Source of the DNA: Planctomycetota bacterium
Lineage (GTDB): Bacteria; Planctomycetota; GCA-002687715
Length of the DNA stretch: 64,000 nucleotides
Direction of reading: 5' to 3'
Assembly: GCA_009691765.1 (NCBI GenBank)
Contig: SIAO01000002.1
Coordinates: 154,415-218,414 of the forward strand
The position numbers and the translations under genes were made by a program. The notes below the pieces were generated by a model. That model worked only from the letters and a program-made list of their open reading frames with translations. It was not told where the DNA came from and did not search any database. This document shows positions 1-8,865 of this stretch, piece by piece (position 1 is the stretch's first letter; each line of letters starts with the position of its first letter).

Positions 1-507
1 ACCATCAATCAGCGCAGCGCCGAGACGCGCGGCCAACTCTGAATTGTTGCCGAAAGAACGAATGCCCGTGGATGGATTGGCGCCTGTGGTCGCGAGATCC
101 AAAGCCGGTGCGAGCACGACATCAACTCCGATGCAACGCAGCATGGTGCCGGTCAAACGCCCTTGCTCCCGCGCGAGATGCTCGCCAAGAGTCGGTTCAC
201 GAGTGGCGATGGCGCCGAGAGCCATGTTGCCCGGAAATGAAGGCAATAGACCTGCGAAGCGCTCGACGAGCCCGCCTTCTTGGTCCACCGCAACGAAGAG
301 GTCGTCGCCAAGGAGCGTGCGCAGCTCCGTGCACAGTGAGGTGACTTGTTCGAGCGAGCGAATGTTGCGCTTGAACAGAATCACACCGCCGGGGCGCAGA
401 TCTGAAAGGTGCTGTTCCGTCGCGTCATCGAGATTTGTGCCCGGAATCCCCACCCAAAGCAACGCACCAGCAAGTTCTCGAGGATCAGCGCCCATGGTTC
501 TTGGCAT
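1..507 (-). CDS. nagZ: beta-N-acetylhexosaminidase (GH3, NagZ-like), 5' portion only; gene continues beyond the window edge
   Basis: Hand translation of the minus strand from the ATG at 505-507 gives MPRTMGADPRELAGALLWVGIPG...RPGGVILFKRNIRSLEQV...DLFVAVDQEGGLVERF, matching the GH3 NagZ N-terminal motifs (GGVILF.RN, VDQEGG.V.R). It is not in the ORF track because it is truncated by the window edge. Confidence 0.6.
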   Translation of the reverse strand, partial: MPRTMGADPRELAGALLWVGIPGTNLDDATEQHLSDLRPGGVILFKRNIRSLEQVTSLCTELRTLLGDDLFVAVDQEGGLVERFAGLLPSFPGNMALGAIATREPTLGEHLAREQGRLTGTMLRCIGVDVVLAPALDLATTGANPSTGIRSFGNNSELAARLGAALIDG

Positions 508-540
508 GTTGCCCGCTCAGGGGCCCGGGCCCAAGCACCC

Positions 541-2013
541 TCATGCGCGGGGCGCACGAGGCGCGCAGGCGGTCACGCCAAAAGTGAGGAGCGAAGAGAT
601 TGGAATGAACCACGGCCAGGCGATGACTGGCTCGGGTAACCCGAAGATCTGCTTGTGGAAGAAGAGCATTGCGCCCGCAACGATGCCCACGCAGAGCGCG
701 AGCACGACGAAGCCGTCGCGCCGACGCGGCAGCAACAAAGCGCACAAGAATGTTCCCAGAATGCCGCCATACAGCACTGTCATGGCGGAGAGAGCGATGT
801 TGACAAGATCGTCGCTAGATTGCTCAGCCCACCAAACAAAGAACAGCGCGACGCCGAGCAACACCACGCCGCAACCCGCCATCAACATCCGCACGGAACG
901 CAGCGTGTTGGTGCGCGCTGGGAAGAGGTCTTTCGTCCAAGTGGCGACGACCGCATTGATAGTTGCGCCGAGGCTGGCCACTGCGGCCGCGAAAAGCCCG
1001 GCGAACACCAACCCGCGCAAACCTGAAGGCATCACATGCATGATGAAATTGGGGAACACACGACGCACTTCATCTTTGCCCACAATGCTGTAGCCCTCGG
1101 CAGGCAAATGCTGGTGATACACCCACAGCACCGTGCCTACCGACAAAAACATTCCGACGATCGGAAATGTGAACAGCCCCGAGACGATCAAGCTGCGTAC
1201 CGCTCCTTTTTCGGTGCGCACATTCAAGAGATGCTGCACGTTCTCTTGACATGTGCCGTGTGTGGCGAGCGTCAGGAACGCGCCTCCAATGATGGCCACG
1301 AGCAGCGGCTTGTGTGAAGCAAGCATGTTCTCGCCAGCGCCGAGATTGATGAATTGAAGTTTGCCGGCGGCGAGGGCCTCAGAGACTGCGCTGCCAAAGC
1401 CCACGCCCGCTTCATCGAGTTTCAGCACCGCGAACACCACGGCTGTCGTGGCACCGATGAAAAATATGGAGCCCTGCGCAACATCGGTCCACACCACAGC
1501 CTTCAAGCCGCCGAGCATGGTGTAGATCGTGGCGATGCAGCAAATGCCGACAATGGCTGCAAATAGATCCACCTGCGCGACAACGGCAAAAGCCACCGCA
1601 GCTATGAACGTGCGCACACCGCTGCCGATCAGGCGCCCAACCACAAAGGCCATCGCGGTGGCGCGCTGCGTACGCGGGCCGATGCGAGTAGCAAGAAAGC
1701 CGTAGGCCGTCGGCAGATTCAGGCGCCAATACAGCCGCACCAGCACTGTGCCCACAATAATCTTGCCGAGCAGCGCACCAATCGCGAACTGCAAGTAATT
1801 CCAGTTCGTGCTGAACGCCGATTCCGGCACACCGATGTAGGTCGCAGCGGACACTTCGGTGGCCAACACCGAAAACACCACAGCCCACGCGGGCAAGTCG
1901 CGATCAGCACGCAGATGAGCGTCGGCGCTTTTCGCACCTCGCCCCGCGCGCATGCCCACACCAACGATCAGCGCCACGTAGGCGCCGACTACAGACCAAT
2001 CCAACCAACCCAT
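541..2013 (-). CDS. sodium:solute symporter family (SSF) transporter
   Basis: The 507-aa ORF 541..2064 is polytopic and hydrophobic with SSF-type helices and loops; the start was trimmed to MGWLDW, and substrate is not assignable from sequence. Confidence 0.75.
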   Translation of the reverse strand: MGWLDWSVVGAYVALIVGVGMRAGRGAKSADAHLRADRDLPAWAVVFSVLATEVSAATYIGVPESAFSTNWNYLQFAIGALLGKIIVGTVLVRLYWRLNLPTAYGFLATRIGPRTQRATAMAFVVGRLIGSGVRTFIAAVAFAVVAQVDLFAAIVGICCIATIYTMLGGLKAVVWTDVAQGSIFFIGATTAVVFAVLKLDEAGVGFGSAVSEALAAGKLQFINLGAGENMLASHKPLLVAIIGGAFLTLATHGTCQENVQHLLNVRTEKGAVRSLIVSGLFTFPIVGMFLSVGTVLWVYHQHLPAEGYSIVGKDEVRRVFPNFIMHVMPSGLRGLVFAGLFAAAVASLGATINAVVATWTKDLFPARTNTLRSVRMLMAGCGVVLLGVALFFVWWAEQSSDDLVNIALSAMTVLYGGILGTFLCALLLPRRRDGFVVLALCVGIVAGAMLFFHKQIFGLPEPVIAWPWFIPISSLLTFGVTACAPRAPRA

Positions 2014-2064
2014 GCACGCGAGCTTATCAGGGCTGAAACCGCGCGCCTGCTCACAATGACACAC

Positions 2065-2850
2065 TCACCGCTGCACTTTGGGCAGACGCCGAATGTACAA
2101 GCTGCCGCCCATGTTCTTCGCACACAACGGCATTTCCTCTTTGATGAAATCGCCAAACATGAAGTGCACATAGGTGTTGAAGAACTGGATACTCCACTCG
2201 GAGTTGTAGGACAGAAACGCGCGTAGAAAATCGTTCTCATTCCAATAGCGACCCTGCACCAACCACTCGGCCGGATACTCGAATGGATAGAAAATGTCAT
2301 GGAAGTGAACAAAGACACCGGGTTGCAGACGCGGCAAGATCTCAAACATCAGGCGCTGCAAGTCGCTGCCACACTTGACGACATGACTTGAGTCAACGAA
2401 CAAGAGATCGCCTGACTACAGTGCCAAGAACGTATCCAGTGGGACCGTTTGAATCGGTTGGGCGATAATACTGACGTGTTCTCTGTCGCTGTCGCGCAGC
2501 AAACTCAGCAGGCGCGCTGGATACGGTTCAATAAACGTCATCTCAGGGCGCAGAGAGAAGCACGCATCAACCGTGTCCAGCATGACGGCGGATGAAAAGC
2601 CTGAGCCGACCTCAATAATCCGCTTTGGCTGATTCTTCCTTAGGAAGCAATACAGAAAAATGGCATCGGAGTCGCTGAACCAGCCGTTGTCGTAGAAGTA
2701 CCGGTGTGCAGGCGTCTGCTTTTCAGAAAACGGAACATCTGTGGTGAACGCTGCGGATTCGTGGAGCAACTCCTGCTGCCCCTTTGCGTTCAATTCTATC
2801 CCGAGGAGTTCCTTGCTTGGCGGTTGAGTTGCGGCGACGTACGCATGCAC
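2065..2850 (-). pseudogene. class I SAM-dependent methyltransferase (TylF/MycF/CmcI-like O-methyltransferase fold) interrupted by an in-frame TAG at 2416-2418
   Basis: ORFs 2416..2850 (N-terminal Rossmann part, motif I IIEVGSGFSS) and 2065..2403 (C-terminal part with LLFVDSSH...LPRLQPGVFVHFHDIFYPFEYP, matching the l.lD.DlYes...YP.L.pGG.i.DDY block) are in the same frame and separated only by TAG plus 4 codons. The locus is ~50% GC against ~65% for its surroundings. Confidence 0.55.
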
Positions 2851-2905
2851 GTCCTTCCGGGACGGGATGGTCTAATAGTAATGACCCGCCGGATAAACGC
2901 CTTGC

Positions 2906-3337
2906 TCACGGGTGTGTTTGCTGAGAGTTCGAAGCAGCGGCACTGGCGTTGATGTGCTTCACGATCTGCTTGTCTTCGTCGGAGATGTGATGCGCAAGCC
3001 AGTCCGCAAGAAAGACCATCACTACGATCGACAGAGTCATGTTGCCGGCAGCGTGCTTTGCTTCAATGTCTATGACCTTCTTGGTCAGATCGTCGTGAAA
3101 CACTTTGTGGGCGGCATAGCCGGGGAATCAACTTTCTCGCATGCTGGCTTCTTCAGCGCTGAAATGCTCAACAGTGTAGGTGCGCAGAAAGGCAAGCGTC
3201 CTGCCGATCTCCTCGCGGCCTGCGCCGCTTTTCATCGCGTCGTGAAGCTTGTTCACCGCGTCGAAAAGCCCAGCGGGCTGACGGTCGATGACTGCGTGTC
3301 CGACCTTGTAGCGGCCGTCGAATGTGATGAATGACAT
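2906..3337 (-). pseudogene. hemerythrin-like (bacteriohemerythrin) gene interrupted by an in-frame TGA at 3128-3130
   Basis: ORF 3128..3337 (...LHDAMKSGAGREEIGRTLAFLRTYTVEHFSAEEASMRES) and ORF 2906..3103 (FPGYAAHKVFHDDL...VMVFLADWLAHHISDEDKQ) are in frame and together reconstitute a full hemerythrin (HF..EE..M...Y..H...H...FL.DWL.HI). The stop aligns to a non-conserved linker residue and no SECIS-like hairpin follows it. Confidence 0.5.
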
Positions 3338-3531
3338 TAGCGGGTCCTTAAACAGCTAATCGGCAGCACTGCTACGCGACTTCGCCAAATCCCGCGCGGC
3401 CATGATCACGGGTAATGCACCCCGTTCACCCCGTTCGATGCGAGTGAACATTCGTGTTGCTGTGCTACGAGAGTGCCGGGCGAATCACCGCGACCTCAGC
3501 TTTTTCGTAGCTATTCATTCTCCGGAAGTCC

Positions 3532-4434
3532 GTGCCTGCAACGGCTTTGGCGAGTAGCAGCCCGCTGACCGATGTCAGTGCGATTGTGGATCCGATTGTC
3601 CTCATTGATCGAGAACATCATGCCCTGCTGCTGCGGTATGCTGGGCGCGTGCAGCAAACGCTATCGCTCTGTTTTTGTGTGATCGCCCTCGTGGCGTGTA
3701 CCGCAGAAGGCACGCGACAGGAAGCGGTGGCAGAGCGGCACGAGGAACGAACCATGACTCCGCCCAGCGCAGCAATCAGTGCGGACAAAATTCCGGTGTT
3801 AGATCGCTCACTTCCGGCAGAGGTGCAAAGCGCCACTTTCGCGATGGGATGATTTTGGGGGCCCGACTCCCGGTTCGGGAGTCTGCAAGGTGTGTTGCGT
3901 ACGCGCGTGGGCTATGCGGGCGGCAGCAGCGCGAATGTGAACTACAACAACATTGGCGATTGGATGGAAGCGATCCAAATCGACTTTGATCCCAAACAGG
4001 TCCACTACAAAGACTTGCTTGAGATCTTCTTCGCCGAGCACGATGCGTGCGACGCACCGTGGAAGCGACAATACGCGTCGGGAATCTTCTTTCACAATGA
4101 AGCTCAGAAGGAAGTTGCGACGCAGGCGCTCGCGGGCTTCGGCACCGCGCAAGGGCGCAAGCCTGTGACAGAGATTGCTCCCGTCGTCTTTGCGACCGCC
4201 GAGGACTATCACCAGAAGTACTACCTGCGTCAGACGCATGCCTTGGCAGCAGACCTTATTGCGGCATTCAACAAGAATGAGCACAATTTCCGCGAATCCA
4301 CCGCTGTGGCGCGTGTGAATGGATATCTCGCCGGAAACGGCGCCGCCACCGACTTAGCCCGTGAACTGAAAGAGCTTGGGCTTTCAGAGGCTGGACAGAA
4401 GTTCTTGACGCTCAGCCACGAACGCAATCGCTGA
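3532..4434 (+). CDS. msrA: peptide methionine sulfoxide reductase MsrA, a selenoprotein with in-frame TGA (Sec) at 3850-3852 in place of the catalytic Cys
   Basis: Track ORFs 3532..3852 (ends ATFAMG-stop) and 3892..4434 (MsrA core VGYAGG...) are in the same frame with a single TGA between them. Reading through gives ATFAMG-U-FWGPDSRFGSLQGVLRTRVGYAGG, versus E. coli MsrA AIFAMG-C-FWGVERLFW...GYTGG. An 8-bp hairpin with a GUU loop sits 12 nt downstream of the TGA. The N-terminus has a lipoprotein-like hydrophobic segment (LSLCFCVIALVAC), which suggests an exported enzyme; an alternative internal GTG start at 3649 is possible. GGAAG lies 5-9 nt upstream of the GTG at 3532. Confidence 0.75.
3865..3883 (+). 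promoter_or_regulatory. putative bacterial SECIS element (stem GACUCCCG/CGGGAGUC, apical loop GUU) directing Sec insertion at the msrA UGA
   Basis: A perfect 8-bp GC-rich inverted repeat gactcccg-gtt-cgggagtc begins 12 nt after the TGA at 3850-3852, with a G/U-containing apical loop, as in bacterial SECIS elements. Confidence 0.55.
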
Positions 4435-4442
4435 GCTCCAAG

Positions 4443-4476
4443 GCAGCGCGTCCTATCAGCAGCCGCCTTGGGCCAG
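4443..4476. terminator. hairpin between the convergent msrA and DUF1761 genes (possible bidirectional terminator)
   Basis: ccaaggc...gccttgg is a 7-bp GC-rich inverted repeat in the 56-nt convergent intergenic space. There is no clear U-tract, which is common in high-GC genomes. Confidence 0.3.
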
Positions 4477-4490
4477 ATTCATCGATGCGC

Positions 4491-4923
4491 TCACTTCGGC
4501 CAGAGCATGATGACTTCGGCCATAGCAATCAGCGTCACGAGGCTGTGACCGGCATCTACCATCCAAGCGCATATGGGAGCGTTGACGAACTTGGCGTGCG
4601 TGAGCGTGATAGGCATGGAGAAACCAAGCCAACAAAGGAATCCGAATCCAAGCGCGCACATCCAGTCTGATGGCATCTTCATGGCCCCGGCGAATACCGC
4701 CATCACCCAGCCCATAATGAAGTAAGTGATCAATGCGGTGGCGAACGGACCCGCACAGCCGCGCTTCTTCGTCTCCTCCAAATGTGCTTCCGTGAAACCG
4801 TGGGCCTTCACCCAAGCATTGGAGAAGAGAACCGGCGAATACCACAAGCCGCCAATGACAAATGCCACCAATGTGGACACCAACACGGACCAGCCATTCA
4901 CGCAATCGCAGATATTAGGCATG
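4491..4923 (-). CDS. DUF1761 family small membrane protein
   Basis: ORF 4491..4994 trimmed to MPNICDCVNGW...; it has 4 predicted TM helices and an YSPVLF/GWxxxxF pattern typical of DUF1761. A GGGAG RBS lies 7 nt upstream of the ATG at 4921-4923. Confidence 0.65.
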
Positions 4924-5052
4924 AGTTGCTCCCGATGGGATTGGCACCGACAGCTCGCGCCCCCCGCAAGCGTCTGCGGCGGATAATGCCACACGCAAGC
5001 ACCGCTGGATAGCCGCGAACCTCAGCGCAGCGCGTGGCGGCTGCCGGGTTTC

Positions 5053-5868
5053 TCAACGGAGCGCGTCTTCGAGCGCCGTAGCGGCGTCCGTGCGCGCGTC
5101 GCGATATTTCACAATGAGCGCTATGGATTTCGACAACCCCTGCGCCATGGCGTAATCGCCCTGAGCCTGCTGCATTCCTGGCACCACGACAGCCCCCGCT
5201 GGCACTTCGCCGCGCAAACTGCGCCCGTGCACAAGATCATGAATAACGCTCGCCGCTGTGAGGATCACACCTGCCGCCAACACCGCTCGTTCACGCACCA
5301 CCACACCTTCAAGCACTCCAGCAAGCGCACCAATGAACGCACCGTCCTCCACCACTACCGGCCGCGCACCTGCTGGCTCAAGCACACCGCCGATTTGCGC
5401 CCCCGCACTCAAATGAACGCGCGCGCCCACTTGCGCACACGAACCCACAAGTGCATGGCTATCCACCATGCTGCCTTCTCCCACCCACGCGCCGACATTC
5501 ACATAGGCCGGCGGCATCAGCACCACCCCTTTGCCAATGTGAGCCCCTCGCCGCACCGCGCTGCCTCCCGGCACGAGGCGCACCTGATCGTTCAAGGTGA
5601 ATGCGCGCGCTGGATACGCAGATTTGTCGAAGAAGGGAAACCCAGGCCCAGGCGTTGCAACCACGGTGCTATTGCGGAAACCCGCGAGGATGGCGCGCTT
5701 CACCCAAGCATGCGCAACCCAATCACCGGCAACATTGCGACTCGCTGCACGCACTTGGCCAGATTCCAAAGCATCCAACAACGCCGCATGAAATACCGTG
5801 AATTGCGGATCGGCCTGCACAGTGGCATCCGAGCGCTCGAAAAATGCGTGCAACGCTTCAGGCATCAT
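5053..5868 (-). CDS. dapD: 2,3,4,5-tetrahydropyridine-2,6-dicarboxylate N-succinyltransferase
   Basis: ORF 5053..5976 trimmed to MMPEALHAFFE. It has left-handed beta-helix hexapeptide repeats and DapD-like GAHIGKGVVLMP / VGSCAQVGARVHLSAGAQIGGVLEP blocks. Its start overlaps the dapA stop by 4 nt. Confidence 0.85.
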   Translation of the reverse strand: MMPEALHAFFERSDATVQADPQFTVFHAALLDALESGQVRAASRNVAGDWVAHAWVKRAILAGFRNSTVVATPGPGFPFFDKSAYPARAFTLNDQVRLVPGGSAVRRGAHIGKGVVLMPPAYVNVGAWVGEGSMVDSHALVGSCAQVGARVHLSAGAQIGGVLEPAGARPVVVEDGAFIGALAGVLEGVVVRERAVLAAGVILTAASVIHDLVHGRSLRGEVPAGAVVVPGMQQAQGDYAMAQGLSKSIALIVKYRDARTDAATALEDALR

Positions 5869-6767
5869 GCGCGCACGCCCTCCGCAGCAACACGCGCCTT
5901 TTGCAGCGCACGACGCAAGAGCTCGCATGTTGCTGGTTGCGCGTCCGTAAGTGGCAACCGCAGGTGCGAACCGCACAAACCCAATTCGGCGAGCGCGGCT
6001 TTCACCGGGATCGGATTGCTCTCAGCGAACAACGCGTCCATCAACGGCAGCAGCGCCGCATTCAACGCCGCGGCCTGATCGCGCCGGCCCGCACGTGCCG
6101 CATCCACGAGCGCTTTCATTTCGCGTGGCAATACATTGCCAAGGACCGACACCAACCCTTCCGCGCCGACAGCGATACTCGCGACGGCGAGATTATCGTC
6201 ACCTGCAAGAAGTGTCTTGCCCGGAGGCAACCACCGCGCCAGTTCTCCGATTTGCCCAAGATCGCCACTGGATTCTTTCAGCGCAACCACGCTTTCGATG
6301 CGCCAAAGCAAATCCATCGTGTCAGACGTCATATTCAATGCAGTGCGCCCGGGAACGTTGTAAGCCACGAGTGGCAAACCTGGAGCTGCATCTGCACAGG
6401 CACTGTAGTGCGCGACCAAACCAGCAGGCATAGGCTTGTTGTAATAGGGAGTGACAACCAACGCGCCATGAGCACCCAGCTGCTGTGCTCTACGCACCAG
6501 CGCCGCCGCGGTCTTGGTGCTATTCGATCCTGCACCTACACACACGCGCGCCGATCCAGCTTCTTCCAACACCGCCGTGATCACCGCATCGCGTTCTCGT
6601 TCATCAATCGTCGCTGCTTCACCCGTGGTGCCCAGTGGCACGACGAAATCCACGCCACCGCCTACGACATGACGCACAAGAGCGCGCAACGCGGGAAGAT
6701 CCAATGCGCCACTCGCACTGAACGGAGTCGCCAAGGCCACGCCAAGTCCGCTGAATGCAGGCTTCAT
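5865..6767 (-). CDS. dapA: 4-hydroxy-tetrahydrodipicolinate synthase
   Basis: 300-aa ORF with the DapA/NAL-family TIM-barrel signature (GTTGE, VVTPYYNKP, catalytic Lys region ALKESSGD). Confidence 0.9.
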   Translation of the reverse strand: MKPAFSGLGVALATPFSASGALDLPALRALVRHVVGGGVDFVVPLGTTGEAATIDERERDAVITAVLEEAGSARVCVGAGSNSTKTAAALVRRAQQLGAHGALVVTPYYNKPMPAGLVAHYSACADAAPGLPLVAYNVPGRTALNMTSDTMDLLWRIESVVALKESSGDLGQIGELARWLPPGKTLLAGDDNLAVASIAVGAEGLVSVLGNVLPREMKALVDAARAGRRDQAAALNAALLPLMDALFAESNPIPVKAALAELGLCGSHLRLPLTDAQPATCELLRRALQKARVAAEGVRA

Positions 6768-7495
6768 TCGAGGGCTCCCAAGACGCCTTCGAGAGCGCTA
6801 CGCGCCACATCGTCCATCGTGAATAGGCCACGCTTTACACTGAGAAATGCAGCCGCCATCACAGCCCCGCGCCCACAAGGCAACAGCGAGCGCGCTTCAT
6901 GACGAAGCTCAATGGCTTCATCGGCGCTGTCGATGCCCACCACATGCCAACTGTGTTGCCCGGAACCCGCGCGCACCGAACTGACGCAGAGCTCTTCCGC
7001 CGTCAGAGCCGCTGCGCCCGGTGTAGCGGTGCCATGCTTGTTGGATAGTTGCGAGAGCATGCGGTTCGCCAACAACTTCGCAGTGCCACTCGGCGCATCC
7101 ACTTTCTTCGCGTGGTGCTTCTCCATCACATACGGATCGAAACCCGGAGTGACACTCGCATAGCGCGCAAGCACGGCGGCCAAGCGCGCCATGAGAGCCA
7201 CACTCAACGAGAAATTGGGCGCGATGAGCAAGCCGATGCGCCCCTGCGCACGCTCGGCCAAGGCGCGCGCGTCGATGTCCGTGACACCAACGACGAAGGG
7301 CGTCTCCGCGGCGAGCGCCCAATCGAGATGCTCCGTCACCGCTGCGGGCAAACTGCAATCCACGGCAACATCCACGCGGCCCAGAGGAGCGCACGCGCCG
7401 CGACCGAGCATCCATGCCACTTCATGGCCAGCAGCCACCGCCGCCGTACTCACGGCTTGTGCCAAACGCCCGCGCCCAAAGATGCCGATTCTCAT
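6764..7495 (-). CDS. dapB: 4-hydroxy-tetrahydrodipicolinate reductase
   Basis: 243-aa ORF with an N-terminal Rossmann motif (MRIGIFGRGRLAQ) and the DapB C-terminal block (EKHHAKKVDAPSGTA). Overlaps its neighbours by 4 nt. Confidence 0.85.
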   Translation of the reverse strand: MRIGIFGRGRLAQAVSTAAVAAGHEVAWMLGRGACAPLGRVDVAVDCSLPAAVTEHLDWALAAETPFVVGVTDIDARALAERAQGRIGLLIAPNFSLSVALMARLAAVLARYASVTPGFDPYVMEKHHAKKVDAPSGTAKLLANRMLSQLSNKHGTATPGAAALTAEELCVSSVRAGSGQHSWHVVGIDSADEAIELRHEARSLLPCGRGAVMAAAFLSVKRGLFTMDDVARSALEGVLGALE

Positions 7496-8865
7496 GCGCC
7501 ACCTCCAGGGAGGAGTTCCGCGTGCAAGCGCCGCAGCGCTTCATGCGCATCTGCATTCGCGAGCACAAGGCTGAGATTGATCTCATTGGCACCCATGCTG
7601 ATCATTTCGATATTCATGCCGCGCAATGCGGCAAACGCACGGGCTGCCACACCAGGCGTGCTGCGCAATTGCTCGCCCACCAAAGCCACGATGGCGCGCT
7701 CGCGCACAACAGTCGCCTTCGCGAATGCGCGAATCTCATCGAGAGCTCGGTCCATGTCCACATCGTTTTCAACCGTCACCGACACCGAGATTTCTGCCGT
7801 GGCCACCAAGTCCACGCTGATGGCATGCCGTCCAAAGATCTCGAAGAGTTTTGCGAGAAAACCAGGTTGATCCAACATGCGGCTGGATGTGACGGTGACC
7901 ACGGCCACCGGCCCGCGTGAAGCCAAAGCCGTGATGGCGCGCCCACTCTTCACATCTCCGCGAATGGTGCTGAATCGTCCATCAGGTTTTTGCGTGTGGC
8001 GCACTGTCACTGGGATGCCCGCTTCTACGGCCGGTTGAATTGTCGAAGGATGCAGCACCTTGGCGCCGAAAGCTGCGAGCTCAGCCGCTTCGGCAAAAGA
8101 AAGTTCCGCTATAGGCTGCGCTTGCGGCACGACGCGCGGGTCGCAGGTGAGCACGCCTTCGACATCCGTCCAGATTTGCACTTCTGAACTCTTCAACGCT
8201 GCGCCAAGCAACGCCGCGGAATAATCGCTGCCTCCACGCCCAAGCGTTGTCGTGAGCCCTTCAGCGGTTGCTCCGATGTAGCCCTGCGTGACCACAACGC
8301 GCCCAATCCCGAGTTGCGGCGCAAGCTGTTCTGCGGCGAGCGTTGCGATAACGCGCGGCAACGGTGTTGCGGCGCCGCTCTTGGTGTCTGTGCGCAAGAC
8401 ACGCCGTGCATCGAAGAGCGTGACCTCCATGCCGGCATGACGCAGATGATGAGAGAAAATCAGCGTGCTCAAGCGTTCGCCGTGGCTCGCCACCGCATCC
8501 ATGCTGCGCAGACTCAGCTCGCGCACCATGCTCAAGCCCGTCAAGAGCGTGAGCAATTCCTTGAAATGCGCCGCAAGTTCGACGTGCAACTCGTCGGGCA
8601 CGCGGCGATCCATCAAATCGAGCGCTGTTTGTTCGTGGCGCTGCATCAAAGCTGAATGAGCTTCTGTAGCTTCTTCCAATTGTCCCTGCGCTGCCATGCG
8701 CGCAGCGCGAAACAACCCATCCGTAGTCTTGCCCATCGCTGAAAGCACTACGAGTGGCGCACGCGACAGCGAGCGACGCACCAGCGACGCCACCACGCGC
8801 ATGCACGCAGCATCAGCCAGCGACGATCCGCCGAACTTCATGATGAGTGGCTGTACGGCACTCAC
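7492..8865 (-). CDS. lysC: aspartate kinase
   Basis: 457-aa ORF with the MKFGGSS kinase N-terminus, VVSAMG, and C-terminal ACT regulatory domains. Confidence 0.9.
   Translation of the reverse strand: MSAVQPLIMKFGGSSLADAACMRVVASLVRRSLSRAPLVVLSAMGKTTDGLFRAARMAAQGQLEEATEAHSALMQRHEQTALDLMDRRVPDELHVELAAHFKELLTLLTGLSMVRELSLRSMDAVASHGERLSTLIFSHHLRHAGMEVTLFDARRVLRTDTKSGAATPLPRVIATLAAEQLAPQLGIGRVVVTQGYIGATAEGLTTTLGRGGSDYSAALLGAALKSSEVQIWTDVEGVLTCDPRVVPQAQPIAELSFAEAAELAAFGAKVLHPSTIQPAVEAGIPVTVRHTQKPDGRFSTIRGDVKSGRAITALASRGPVAVVTVTSSRMLDQPGFLAKLFEIFGRHAISVDLVATAEISVSVTVENDVDMDRALDEIRAFAKATVVRERAIVALVGEQLRSTPGVAARAFAALRGMNIEMISMGANEINLSLVLANADAHEALRRLHAELLPGGGA

Noticed and set aside
44-1093. 349-aa plus-strand ORF at the left edge
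   Set aside because: It runs antisense to the well-supported SSF symporter and NagZ genes and is Arg/Ser/Pro-rich with no recognisable motifs, which is typical of a spurious high-GC antisense ORF.
3128-3130. In-frame TGA in the hemerythrin gene as a second selenocysteine site
   Set aside because: The codon aligns with a non-conserved linker residue (Gly/Lys position after the EE..M block), not a redox-active Cys. The mRNA downstream (UGAUUCCCCGGCUAUGCCGCCCACAAAGUG...) forms only 3-4-bp hairpins, nothing like the 8-bp element after the msrA UGA. The gene also sits in a low-GC islet next to another nonsense-disrupted gene, so a pseudogene or sequencing error is more parsimonious.
3338-3531. 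tRNA or small RNA gene in the hemerythrin-msrA intergenic region
   Set aside because: No acceptor-stem/T-loop (GTTCRANYC) arrangement or cloverleaf could be built on either strand; the GTTCG-containing segment is part of a simple direct repeat.
2416-3852. Genome-wide stop-codon reassignment (UGA or UAG read as sense) to explain three consecutive in-frame stops
   Set aside because: Throughout the window TGA, TAG and TAA terminate well-delimited homologous genes, including many ATGA/GTGA overlap junctions, and GC content is high, unlike known UGA-recoding lineages. Only msrA shows a position-specific, SECIS-supported recoding.
5844-6902. 352-aa plus-strand ORF overlapping dapA
   Set aside because: It is antisense to dapA, with an Arg/Gln/His-rich composition and no homology signal; a high-GC artefact.
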